Source: Eledone cirrhosa
Lineage: Eukaryota
Direction of reading: 5' to 3'
Assembly: GCA_964016885.1 (NCBI GenBank)
Contig: OZ024740.1
Span: 317,812,001 to 317,876,000 of the forward strand
DNA length: 64,000 bases
In this document: piece after piece, positions 1 through 14,111 of the stretch
Numbering within the stretch: position 1 is the stretch's first letter
How the letters are laid out: each line of letters opens with the position of its first letter
The notes under the pieces: model-generated
What the model was told of the DNA's origin: nothing
What the model saw: only the letters and a program-made list of their open reading frames with translations
Database searches by the model: none
Translations under genes and position numbers: made by a program

Positions 1-3000
1 CACTCCAGACCTCCAATCTATACACCACTCCTGACCTCCAATCTATATACCACTCAAGACTTCCAATCTATACACCACTCCAAACCACTAATCTATACAC
101 CACTCCAGACCTGCAATCTATACACCACTTCAGACCTCCAATCTATACACCACTCAAACCCTCCAATCAATACACCACTCCAGACCTCCAATCTATACAC
201 CACTCCAGACCTCCAATCTATACACCACTCCAGACTTCTAATCTATACACCACTCCAGACTTCCAATCTATACACCACTCCAGGCCCCCAATCTATACAC
301 CACTCCAGACCTCCAATCTATACACCACTCCAGACCTCCAATCTATACACCACTCAAACCCTCCAATCTATACACCATTCCAGACCACCAACCTATACAC
401 CACTTCAGACCTCCAATCTATACACCACTCCAGCCCTCCAATATATACACCACTCCAGACTTCCAATCTATACACCACTCCAGACCTCCAATCTATACAC
501 CACTCCTGACCTCCAATCTATATACCACTCAAGACTTCTAATTTATAAACCTCTCCAGACCTGCAATCTATACACCACTTCAGACCTCCAATCTATACAC
601 CACTCAAACCCTCCAATCAATACACCACTCCAGACCTCCAATCTATACACCACTCCAGACCTCCAATCTATACACCACTCCAGACTTCTAATCTATACAC
701 TACTCCAGACTTCCAATCTATACACCACTCCAGGCCCCCAATCTATACACCACTCCAGACCTCCAATCTATACACCACTCCAGACCTCCAATCTATACAC
801 CACTCTAGACCAACAATCTATACACCACTCTAGACCTCCAATCCATACACCACTCCAGACATCCAATCTATACACCACTCCAGACCTTCAATCCATATAC
901 CACTCCAGACTTCCAATCTATACACCACTCCAGACACCAAGCTATACACCATTCCAGACCTCCAATCTATACACCTCTCTAGACAACTAATCTATACACC
1001 ACTCAAGACCTCCAATCTATACACCACTCCAGACCTCCAATCTATACACCACTCCAGACCTTCAATCCATACACCACTCCAGACCTTCAATCTATACACC
1101 ACTCCAGACCTCCAAGCTATACACCACTCCAGACCTCCAATCTATACACCACTCTAGACCACTAATCTATACACCACTCAAGACCTCCAATCTATACACC
1201 ACTCCAGACCTCCAATCTATACACCACTACATACTTCCAATCTATACACCACTCCAGACCTCCAATATATACACCACTCTAAACCTCCAATCTATACACC
1301 ACTCCAGACCACCAATCTATACACCACTCCAGACCTCCAATCTATACACCAATCCAGACCTCCAATCTATACACCACTCCAGACTTCAAATCTATACACC
1401 ACTCCAGACTTCCAATCTATACACCACTCCACACTTCCAATCTATACACCACTCCAGACCTCCAAACTATACACCACTCTAGACTTCCAATCTATACACC
1501 ACTCCAGACCTTCAATCCATACACCATAACATACTTCCAATCTATACACCACTCCAGACTTCTAATCTATACACCACCCCAGACTTCTAATCTATACATC
1601 ACTCCAGAGCTCCAACTATACACCACTCCAGTATTCCAATCTATACACCACTCCAGGCCTCCAATCTATACACCATTCCAGACCACCAACCTATACACCA
1701 CTTCAGACCTCCAATCTATACACCACTCCAGCCCTCCAATATATACACCACTCCAGACTTCCAATCTATACACCACTCCAGACCTCCAATCTATACACCA
1801 CTCCTGACCTCCAATCTATATACCACTCAAGACTTCCAATCTCTACACCACTCCAGACTTCCAATCTATACACCACTCCAGGCCCCCAATCTATACACCA
1901 CTCCAGACCTCCAATCTATACACCACTCCAGACCTCCAATCTATACACCACTCCAGACCTTCAATCCATATACCACTCCAGACTTCCAATCTATACACCA
2001 CTCCAGACACCAAACTATACACCATTCCAGACATCCAATCTATACACCACTCCAGGCCACCAATCTAAATACCACTCCAGGCCTCCAATCTATACACCAC
2101 TCCAGACCTCCAATCTATACACCACTCCAGACCACCAATCTATACACCATTCCAGACATCCAATCTATACACCACTCTAGACCATCAATCTATACACCAC
2201 TCCAGACCTCCAATCTATACACCACTCCCGACCTCCAATCTATACACCACTCCAGAGTTCCAATCTATACATCTCTCCAGGCCCCCAATCTATACGCCAC
2301 TCCTGACCTCCAATCTATACACCACTTCAGACCTCCAATCTATACACCACTCCAGACCTCCAATCTATACAGCACTCCAGACCTCCAATCTATACAGCAC
2401 TCCAGTACTCCAATCTATACATCACTCCAGACTTCCAATCTATACACCACTCCAGACCTCCAATCTATACACCACTCCAGACCTCCAATCTATACAGCAC
2501 TCCAGTACTCCAATCTATACATCACTCCAGACTTCCAATCTATACACCACTCCAGACCTCCAATCTATACACCACTTCAGACCTCCAATCTATACAGCAC
2601 TCTAGACCTCCAATCTATACACCACACCAGACTTCTAATCTATAACCACTCCAGATCTCCAATCTCTACACCTCTCCAGACCACCAATGTATACACCACT
2701 CCAGACCTTCAATCTATACACCACTCCAGACCTCCAAGCTATACACCACTCCAGACCTCCAATCTATACACCACTCTAGACCACTAATCTATACACCACT
2801 CAAACACTCCAATCTATACACCACTCCAGACCTACAATCTATACACCACTCCAGACCACCAATCTATACACCACTCCAGACTACCAATCTATACACCACT
2901 CCAGACCTCCAATCTATACACCACTCCAGACTACCAATCTATACACCACTCCAGACCTCCAATCTATACACCACTACATACTTCCAATCTATACACCACT

Positions 3001-6000
3001 CCAGACCTCCAATCTATACACCACTACATACTTCCAATCCATACACCACTCCAGACTTCCAATCTATACACCACTCCACACTTCCAATCTATACACCACT
3101 CCAGACCTCCAATCTATACACCACTCCAGACTTCCAATCTATACACCACTCCAGACCTTCAATCCATACACCATACCAGACTTCCAATCTATACACCACT
3201 CCAGACTTCTAATTTATAAACCTCTCCAGACCTGCAATCTATACACCACTTCAGACCTCCAATCTATACACCACTCAAACCCTCCAATCTATACACCACT
3301 CCAGACCTCCAATCTATACACCACTCCAGACCTCCAATCTATACACCACTCCAGTACTCCAATCTATACACCACTCCAGGCCTCCAATTTATACACCATT
3401 CCAGACCACCAACCTATACACCACTTCAGACCTCCAATCTATACACCACTCCAGCCCTCCAATATATACACCACTCCAGACTTCCAATCTATACACCACT
3501 CCAGACCTCCAATCTATACACCACTCCTGACCTCCAATCTATATACCACTCAAGACTTCCAATCTATACACCACTCCAGACCACTAATCTATACACCACT
3601 CCAGACCTGCAATCTATACACCACTCCAGGCCTCTAATCTATACACCACTCTAGTCCACTAATCTATACACCACTCCAGACCTGCAATCTATACACCACT
3701 CCAGACCTCCAATCTATACACCACTCCAGACCTCCAATCTATACACCACACCAGACCTTCAATCTATACACCACACAAGACCACCAATCAAACACTACTA
3801 TAGACTTCCAATCTATACACCACACCAGACTTCTAATCTATAACCACTCCAGACCTCCAATCTCTACACCACTCCAGACCTCCAATCTATACACCACTCC
3901 AGACCTTCAATCCATACACCACTCCAGACTTTCAATCTATACACCACTCCAGACCTCCAAGCTATACACCACTCCAGACCTCCAATCTATACACCACTCT
4001 AGACAACTAATCTATACACCACTCAAGACCTCCAATCTATACACCACTCCAGACCTCCAATCTATACACCACTCCAGACCTTCAATCCATACACCACTCC
4101 AGACCTTCAATCTATACACCACTCCAGACCTCCAAGCTATACACCACTCCAGACCTCCAATCTATACACCACTCTAGACCACTAATCTATACACCAATCC
4201 AGACCTCCAATCTATACACCACTCCAGACCTCCAATCTATACACCACTCTAGACAACTAATCTATACACCACTCAAGACCTCCAATCTATACACGACTCC
4301 AGACCTCCAATCTATACACAACTACATACTTCCAATCTATACACCACTCCAGACCTCCAATATATACACCACTCCAAACCTCCAATCTATACACCACTCC
4401 AGACCACCAATCTATACACCACTCCAGACCTCCAATCTAAACACCAATCCAGACCTCCAATCTATACACCACTCCAGACTTCAAATATATACACCACTCC
4501 AGACTTCCAATCTATACACCACTCCACACTTCCAATCTATACACCACTCCAGACCTCCAAACTATACACCACCCTAGACTTCCAATCTATACACCACTCC
4601 AGACCTTCAATCCATACACCATAACAGACTTCCAATCTATACACCACTCCAGACTTCTAATCTATACACCACCCCAGACTTCTAATCTATACATCACTCC
4701 AGAGCTCCAACTATACACCACTCCAGTACTCCAATCTATACACCACTCCAGGCCTCCAATCTATACACCATTCCAGACCACCAACCTATACACCACTTCA
4801 GACCTCCAATCTATACACCACTCCAGCCCTCCAATATATACACCACTCCAGACTTCCAATCTATACACCACTCCATACCTCCAATCTATACACCACTCCT
4901 GACCTCCAATCTATATACCACTCAAGACTTCCAATCTCTACACCACTCCAGACTTCCAATCTATACACCACTCCAGGCCCCCAATCTATACACCACTCCA
5001 GACCTCCAATCTATACACCACTCCAGACCTCCAATCTATACACCACTCCAGACCTTCAATCCATATACCACTCCAGACTTCCAATCTATACACCACTCCA
5101 GACACCAAACTATACACCATTCCAGACATCCAATCTATACACCACTCCAGGCCACCAATCTAAATACCACTCCAGGCCTCCAATCTATACACCATTCCAG
5201 ACCTCCAATCTATACACCACTCCAGACCACCAATCTATACACCATTCCAGACATCCAATCTATACACCACTCTAGACCATCAATCTATACACCACTTCAG
5301 ACCTCCAATCCATACACCAATCCAGACCTCCAATCTATACAGCACTCCAGTACTCCAATCTATACATCACTCCAGACTTCCAATCTATACACCACTCCAG
5401 ACCTCCAATCTATACACCACTCTAGACCTCCAATCTATACAGCACTCCAGTACTCCAATCTATACATCACTCCAGACTTCCAATCTATACACCACTCCAG
5501 ACCTCCAATCTATACACCACTTCAGACCTCCAATCTATATAGCACTCTAGACCTCCAATCTATACACCACACCAGACTTCTAATCTATAACCACTCCAGA
5601 CCTCCAATCTCTACACCTCTCCAGACCACCAATCTATACACCACTCCAGACCTCCAATCTATACACCACTCCAGACCTCCAAGATATACACCACTCCAGA
5701 CCTCCAATCTATACACCACTCTAGACCACTAATCTATACACCACTAAAACCCTCCAATCTATACACCACTCCAGACCTCCAATCTATACACCACTCCAGA
5801 CCACCAATCTATACACCACTCCAGACTACCAATCTATACACCACTCCAGACCTCCAATCTATACACCACTCCAGACTACCAATCTATACACCACTCCAGA
5901 CCTCCAATCTATACACCACTACATACTTCCAATCTATACACCACTCCAGACCTCCAATCTATACACCACTCCAGACTTCCAATCTATACACCACTCCAGA

Positions 6001-9000
6001 CCTTCAATCCATACACCATACCAGACTTCCAATCTATACACCACTCCAGACTTCTAATTTATAAACCTCTCCAGACCTGCAATCTATACACCACTTCAGA
6101 CCTCCAATCTATACACCACTCAAACCCTCCAATCTATACACCACTCCAGACCTCCAATCTATACACCACTCCAGACCTCCAATCTATACACCACTCCAGT
6201 ACTCCAATCTATACACCACTCCAGGCCTCCAATCTATACACCATTCTAGACCACCAACCTATACACCACTTCAGACCTCCAATCTATACACCACTCCAGC
6301 CCTCCAATATATACACCACTCCAGACTTCCAATCTATACACCACTCCAGACCTCCAATCTATACACCACTCCTGACCTCCAATCTATATACCACTCAAGA
6401 CTTCCAATCTATACACCACTCCAGACCACTAATCTATACACCACTCCAGACCTGCAATCTATACACCACTCCAGGCCTCCAATCTATACACCACTCGAGA
6501 CCACCAATCTATACACCACTCCAGACCACTAATCTATACACCACTCCAGACTTCTAATCTATACACCACTCCAGACTTCCAATCTATACACCACTCCAGG
6601 CCCCCAATCTATACACCACTCCAGACCTCCAATCTATACACCACTCCAGACCTCCAATCTATACACCACTCCAGACCTTCAATCCATATACCACTCCAGA
6701 CTTCCAATCTATACACCACTCCAGACACCAAGCTATACACCATTCCAGACATCCAATCTATACACCACTCTAGACCATCAATCTATACACCACTCCAGAC
6801 CTCCAATCTATACACCACTCCAGACCTCCAATCTATACACCACTCCAGACCTTCAATCCATATACCACTCCAGACCTTCAATCTATACACCACTCCAGGC
6901 CTCCAATCTATACACCACTCCAGACACCAAGCTATACACCACTCCAGACATCCAATCTATACACCACTCTAGACCACCAATCTATACACCACTCCAGACC
7001 TCCAATCTATACACCACTCCAGCGTTCCAATCTATACACCTCTCCAGGCCCCCAATATATACGTCACTCCTGACCTCCAATCTAAACACCACTCCAGACC
7101 TCCAATCTAAACACCACTCTAGACCACCAATCTATACACCACTCTAGACTTCCAATCTATACACCACTTCAGACCTCCAATATATACACCACTCCAAACC
7201 TCCAATCTATACACCACTCCAGACCACCAATCTATACACCACTCCAGACCTCCAATCTATACACCAATCCAGACCTCCAATCTATACACCACTCCAGACT
7301 TCAAATCTATACACCACTCCAGACTTCCAATCTATACACCACTCCACACTTCCAATCTATACACCACTCCAGACCTCCAAACTATACACCACTCTAGACT
7401 TCCAATCTTTACACCACTCCAGACCTTCAATCCATACACCATAACAGACTTCCAATCTATACACCACTCCAGACTTCTAATCTATACACCACCCCAGACT
7501 TCTAATCTATACATCACTCCAGAGCTCCAACCATACACCACTCCAGTACTCCAATCTATACACCACTCCAGGCCTCCAATCTATACACCATTCCAGACCA
7601 CCAACCTATACACCACTTCAGACCTCCAATCTATACACCACTCCAGCCCTCCAATATATACACCACTCCAGACTTCCAATCTATACACCACTCCAGACCT
7701 CCAATCTATACACCACTCCTGACCTCCAATCTATATACCACTCAAGACTTCCAATCTCTACACCACTCCAGACTTCCAATCTATACACCACTCCAGGCCC
7801 CCAATCTATACACCACTCCAGACCTCAAATCTATACACCACTCCAGACCTCTAATCTATACACCACTCCAGACCTTCAATCCATATACCACTCCAGACTT
7901 CCAATCTATACACCACTCCAGACACCAAACTATACACCATTCCAGACATCCAATCTATACACCACTCCAGGCCACCAATCTAAATACCACTCCAGCCCTC
8001 CAATCTATACACCACTCCAGACCTCCAATCTATACACCACTCCAGACCACCAATCTATACACCATTCCAGACATCCAATCTATACACCACTCTAGACCAT
8101 CAATCTATACACCACTCCAGACCTCCAATCTATACACCACTCCAGACCTCCAATCTATACACCACTCCAGAGTTCCAATCTATACATCTCTCCAGGCCCC
8201 CAATCTATACGCCACTCCTGACCTCCAATCTATACACCACTTCAGACCTCCAATCTATACACCACTCCAGACCTCCAATCTATACAGCACTCCAGTACTC
8301 CAATCTATACATCACTCCACAATTCCAATCTATACACCACTCCAGACCTCCAATCTATACACCACTCCAGACCTCCAATCTATACAGCACTCCAGTACTC
8401 CAATCTATACATCACTCCAGACTTCCAATCTATACACCACTCCAGACCTGCAATCTATACACCACTTCAGACCTCCAATCTATACAGCACTCTAGACCTC
8501 CAATCTATACACCACACCAGACTTCTAATCTATAACCACTCCAGACCACCAATCTATACACCACTCCAGACCTCCAATCTATACACCACTCCAGACCTCC
8601 AAGCTATACACCACTCCAGACCTCCAATCTATACACCACTCTAGACCACTAATCTATACACCACTCAAACCCTCCAATCTATACACCACTCCAGACCTCC
8701 AATCTATACACCACTCCAGACCACCAATCTATACACCACTCCAGACTACCAATCCATACACCACTCCAGACCTCCAATCTATACACCACTCCAGACTACC
8801 AATCTATACACCACTCCAGACCTCCAATCTATACACCACTACATACTTCCAATCTATACACCACTCCAGACCTCCAATCTATACACCACTACATACTTCC
8901 AATCCATACACCACTCCAGACTTCCAATCTATACACCACTCCACACTTCCAATCTATACACCACTCCAGACTTCCAATCTATACACCACTCCAGACCTTC

Positions 9001-12000
9001 AATCCATACACCATACCAGACTTCCAATCTATACACCACTCCAGACTTCTCATTTATAAACCTCTCCAGACCTGCAATCTATACACCACTTCAGACCTCC
9101 AATCTATACACCACTCAAACCCTCCAATCAATACACCACTCCAGACCTCCAATCTATACACCACTCCAGACCTCCAATCTATACACCACTCCAGTACTCC
9201 AATCTATACACCACTCCAGACCTCCAATCTATACACCATTCCAGACCACCAACCTATACACCACTTCAGACCTCCAATCTATACACCACTCCAGCCCTCC
9301 AATATATACACCACTCCAGACTTCCAATCTATACACCACTCCAGACCTCCAATCTATACACCACTCCTGACCTCCAATCTATATACCACTCAAGACTTCC
9401 AATCTATGCACCACTCCAGACCACTAATCTATACACCACTCCAGACCTGCAATCTATACACCACTTCAGACCTCCAATCTATACACCACTCAAACCCTCC
9501 AATCAATACACCACTCCAGACCTCCAATCTATACACCACTCCAGACCTCCAATCTATACACCACTCCAGACTTCTAATCTATACACCACTCCAGACTTCC
9601 AATCTATACACCACTCCAGGCCCCCAATCTATACACCACTCCAGACCTCCAATCTATACACCACTCCAGACCTCCAATCTATACACCACTCAAACCCTCC
9701 AATCTATACACCATTCCAGACCACCAACCTATACACCACTTCAGACCTCCAATCTATACACCACTCCAGCCCTCCAATATATACACCACTCCAGACTTCC
9801 AATCTATACACCACTCCAGACCTCCAATCTATACACCACTCCTGACCTCCAATCTATATACCACTCAAGTCTTCTAATTTATAAACCTCTCCAGACCTGC
9901 AATCTATACACCACTTCAGACCTCCAATCTATACACCACTCAAACCCTCCAATCAATACACCACTCCAGACCTCCAATCTATACACCACTCCAGACCTCC
10001 AATCTATACACCACTCCAGACTTCTAATCTATACACTACTCCAGACTTCCAATCTATACACCACTCCAGGCCCCCAATCTATACACCACTCCAGACCTCC
10101 AATCTATACACCACTCCAGACCTCCAATCTATACACCACTCTAGACCAACAATCTATACACCACTCTAGACCTCCAATCCATACACCACTCCAGACATCC
10201 AATCTATACACCACTCCAGACCTTCAATCCATATACCACTCCAGACTTCCAATCTATACACCACTCCAGACACCAAGCTATACACCATTCCAGACATCCA
10301 ATCTATACACCACTCTAGACCATCAATCTATACACCACTCCAGACCTCCAATCTATACACCACTCCAGACCTTCAATCCATATACCACTCCAGACCTTCA
10401 ATCTATACACCACTCCAGGCCTCCAATCTATACACCACTCCAGACACCAAGCTATACACCACTCCAGATATCCAATCTATACACCACTCTAGACCACCAA
10501 TCTATACACCACTCCAGACCTCCAATCTATACACCACTCCAGCGTTCCAATCTATACACCTCTCCAGGCCCCCAATATATACGTCACTCCTGACCTCCAA
10601 TCTAAACACCACTCCAGACCTCCAATCTAAACACCACTCTAGACCACCAATCTATACACCACTCTAGACTTCCAATCTATACACCACTTCAGACCTCCAA
10701 TCTATACACCACTCCAGACCTCCAATCTATACACCACTCCAGACCTCCAATCTATACACCACTCCAGTACTCCAATCTATACATCACTCCAGACTTCCAA
10801 TCTATACACCACTCCAGACCTCCAATCTATACACCACTCTAGACCACTAATCTATACACCACTCCAGACCTGCAATCTATACACCACTCCAGACCTCCAA
10901 TCTATACAACACACAAGACCACCAATCTAAACACTACTCTAGACTTCCAATCTATACACCACACCAGACTTCCAATCTATAACCACTCCAGACCTCCAAT
11001 CTATACACCACTCCAGACCTCCAATCTATACACCACTCTAGACCACTAATCTATACACCACTCCAGACCTGCAATCTATACACCACTCCAGACCTCCAAT
11101 CTATACAACACACAAGACCACCAATCTAAACACTACTCTAGACTTCCAATCTATACACCACACCAGACCTCCAATCTATACAACACACAAGACCACCAAT
11201 CTAAACACTACTCTAGACTTCCAATCTATACACCACACCAGACTTCCAATCTATAACCACTCCAGACCTCCAATCTATACACCACTCCAGACCTCCAATC
11301 TATACACCACTCTAGACCACTAATCTATACACCACTCCAGACCTGCAATCTATACACCACTCCAGACCTCCAATCTATACAACACACAAGACCACCAATC
11401 TAAACACTACTCTAGACTTCCAATCTATACACCACACCAGACTTCCAATCTATAACCACTCCAGACCTCCAATCTATACACCACTCCAGACCTCCAATCT
11501 ATACACCACTCTAGACCACTAATCTATACACCACTCCAGACCTGCAATCTATACACCACTCCAGACCTCCAATCTATACAACACACAAGACCACCAATCT
11601 AAACACTACTCTAGACTTCCAATCTATACACCACTCCAGACCTCCAATCTATACAACACACAAGACCACCAATCTAAACACTACTCTAGACTTCCAATCT
11701 ATACACCACACCAGACTTCCAATCTATAACCACTCCAGACATCCAATCTATACACCACTCCAGACCTCCAATCTATACACCACTCCAAACCTTCAATCCA
11801 TATACCACTCCAGACCTCCAATCTATACACCACTCCAGACCTTCAATCCATATACCACTCCAGACCTTCAATCTATACACCACTCCAGGCCTTCAATCTA
11901 TACACCACTCCAGACACCAAGCTATACACCACTCCAGACATCCAATCTATACACCACTCTAGACCACCAATCTATACACCACTCCAGACCTCCAATCTAT

Positions 12001-12850
12001 ACACCACTCCAGAGTTCCAATCTATACACCTCTCCAGGCCCCCAATATATACGTCACTCCTGACCTCCAATCTTAACACCACTCCAGACCTCCAATCTAA
12101 ACACCACTCTTGACCACCAATCTATACACCACTCCAGACTTCCAATCTATACACCACTTCAGACCTCCAATCTATACACCACTCCAGACCTCCAATCTAT
12201 ACACCACTCCAGACCTCCAATCTATACACCACTCCAGTACTCCAATCTATACATCACTCCAGACTTCCAATCTATACACCACTCCAGACCTCCAATCTAT
12301 ACACCACTCTAGACCACTAATCTATACACCACTCCAGACCTCCAATCTATACACCACTCCAGACCTCCAATCTATACAACACACAAGACCACCAATCTAA
12401 ACACTACTCTAGACTTCCAATCTATACACCACACCAGACTTCCAATCTATAACCACTCCAGACCTCCAATCTATACACCACTCCAGACCTCCAATCTATA
12501 CACCACTCTAGACCACTAATCTATACACCACTCCAGACCTGCAATCTATACACCACTCCAGACCTCCAATCTATACAACACACAAGACCACCAATCTAAA
12601 CACTACTCTAGACTTCCAATCTATACACCACTCCAGACCTCCAATCTATACAACACACAAGACCACCAATCTAAACACTACTCTAGACTTCCAATCTATA
12701 CACCACACCAGACTTCCAATCTATAACCACTCCAGACCTCCAATCTATACACCACCCAGGCCTCCAATCTATACACCACTCCAGACCTCCAATCTATACA
12801 CCACTCCAGACCTCCAATCTATACACTACTCCAGACCTCCAATCTATACA
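1..12850. repeat. 25-bp tandem satellite, consensus CACTCCAGACCTCCAATCTATACAC, roughly 510 copies, runs off the left edge of the window
   Basis: The 25-bp period is directly visible. Variants are substitutions plus occasional 24-bp units. The + strand has only one G per consensus unit. Confidence 0.98.
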
Positions 12851-13140
12851 TCATTCACACTCCCAGTATATACATATCATTCATACTTGAAATATATATA
12901 CATCGCACTTCTAATCTATCCATAATTTACTTTCAATTTATACAACATTCATACCTCCAATCTATATATAATTCACACTTGCAATCTATACGCCATCACA
13001 CCTAATATCTATACACCATCGTACCTCCAATATATACGCCATTCATATCTCTATTCTACCTATCATTCATACTTCCAAATTATATAGCACCCCATGCTTC
13101 CAACCTCTAAACAATCAAACAACTTCAAGTTAAACACCTT
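12851..13140. repeat. Degenerate terminal copies of the 25-bp satellite
   Basis: Units such as CATTCATACCTCCAATCTATATA and CATCGTACCTCCAATATATACGC keep the ~25-bp phase but diverge progressively. Confidence 0.85.
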
Positions 13141-13295
13141 TTTATGCCTAAAAAAAAATGTCAAAACCACTTTGGAACTTCTTGAATGAATGGTTTAGTT
13201 CAGCCCAGGGTTAAATCTGATTTGACAGACATAAGATCAGAAGTGTTCCAGTTTTAACTATCTTCTCTATTATTTTTCAAACATAACCCCATCTA

Positions 13296-13468
13296 CGAGG
13301 TTCGGCTGATTACGAAGGAATGATGCTAAAGCTGTGAAATCTTGCATGCATCAATTTCAACTAATAACTACATTGTTTCTTTTCAGGGACTATGTTGAAA
13401 AATAAACCTCATTTGGTCATTCTATGAGAGTATCTTGGTCAGCCTATGAACTTTTCAACCGAGTTTCG
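13296..13468 (+). mobile_element. Mariner-derived MITE (internal deletion derivative, left TIR partly deleted)
   Basis: TA|CGAGGTTCGGCTGA ... TCAACCGAGTTTCG|TA. Contains GACTATGTTGAAAAATAA (DYVEK*, a typical mariner transposase C-terminus). Homologous to 14112-14451. Confidence 0.8.
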
Positions 13469-13692
13469 TATATATATGGACCCCACAACTTACCGTGGAT
13501 ATAAGACTCTATTGATTTTTCCCTGGATTTCACTAAATTCTGTGGATGAATCTATATCCTAATTCTTTTGGGATTGAGTTTGAATTATTTTCCCACATCT
13601 TACGTTAACTATTTTTCCATTTTGACGTTATAGTCACTTATATATTATGGAATACTGTTGGCTTCTTGCTCACATTAATTTCTATACCTTTC

Positions 13693-13695
<3 letters not shown>

Positions 13696-13757
<62 letters not shown>
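13696..13757. repeat. (TA)31 microsatellite
   Basis: Perfect TA run. Confidence 0.98.
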
Positions 13758-13758
<1 letters not shown>

Positions 13759-13866
13759 CGGTAGAACACTGGAAGGTAATATCCGTAGTGGTAGAGCACT
13801 TAGTCCATGGGACGAGTTAGGTAGAAGTGGTTACACAACAGTGGTTACACAACAGTTAGTTCACCA

Positions 13867-13909
13867 TACCGAGAAAAATTGTTTCACCTTAGCGGATCCT
13901 CAGCTCGTA
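13867..13909 (-). ncRNA. Minimal type I hammerhead ribozyme-like motif (mirror copy)
   Basis: Minus strand reads TACGAG-CTGAGGA-TCCGCTAAGGT-GAAAC-AATT-TTT-CTCGGTA. Stem I CGAG/CTCG is intact, but the G of GUU is mutated to T. Confidence 0.5.
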
Positions 13910-13918
13910 ATTGTCCAT

Positions 13919-13961
13919 TACGAACTGAGGATCCGCTAAGGTGAAACAATTGTTCTCGGTA
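13919..13961 (+). ncRNA. Minimal type I hammerhead ribozyme-like motif
   Basis: TACGAA-CTGAGGA(13925-31)-TCC GCTAA GGT-GAAAC-AATT-GTT^CTCGGTA: CUGANGA and GAAA core, palindromic stem III AACAATTGTT, GUU triplet. The first stem I pair is mismatched (A.C) and stem II is weak. Confidence 0.6.
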
Positions 13962-13990
13962 TGGTGAACCAACTGTTGTGTAACCACTTC

Positions 13991-14013
13991 TATATATATA
14001 AATATATATATAC

Positions 14014-14068
<55 letters not shown>

Positions 14069-14111
14069 TGTGTGTGGCGTGTGCGTGTGTGTGTATGTGT
14101 ATACACACACA
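13991..14111. repeat. Compound (TA)n-(TG)n microsatellite ending in a short (CA)n
   Basis: Directly visible. Confidence 0.95.

Larger units (their letters stand above)
13758..13992. mobile_element. Probable Penelope-like element remnant (inverted pseudo-LTR fragments) embedded in TA repeats
   Basis: Inverted arms 13840-13911 / 13917-13988 (72 bp, 3 mismatches, 5-nt loop). Each arm carries a minimal hammerhead motif. TA runs lie on both sides. The family call is inferred from the ribozyme type, not from a database match. Confidence 0.6.

Noticed and set aside
9406-10593. 395-aa ORF of 25-aa repeats (HHSRPPIYTPLQTSNLYTTPDLQSI), mucin-like in appearance; also 12110-12400
   Set aside because: The 25-bp consensus has no stop in any + frame, so three units give a 25-aa repeat by default. 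The ATG is a point variant, and 24-bp units and TAG/TAA/TGA variants occur freely across the array.
1-12850. Common origin of the 25-bp and 101-bp satellites, or a yeast-type 25-bp telomerase repeat
   Set aside because: Only short words (TCTAT, CCAAT) are shared, as expected from composition. Inherited variant blocks indicate recombinational amplification, not templated telomerase synthesis.
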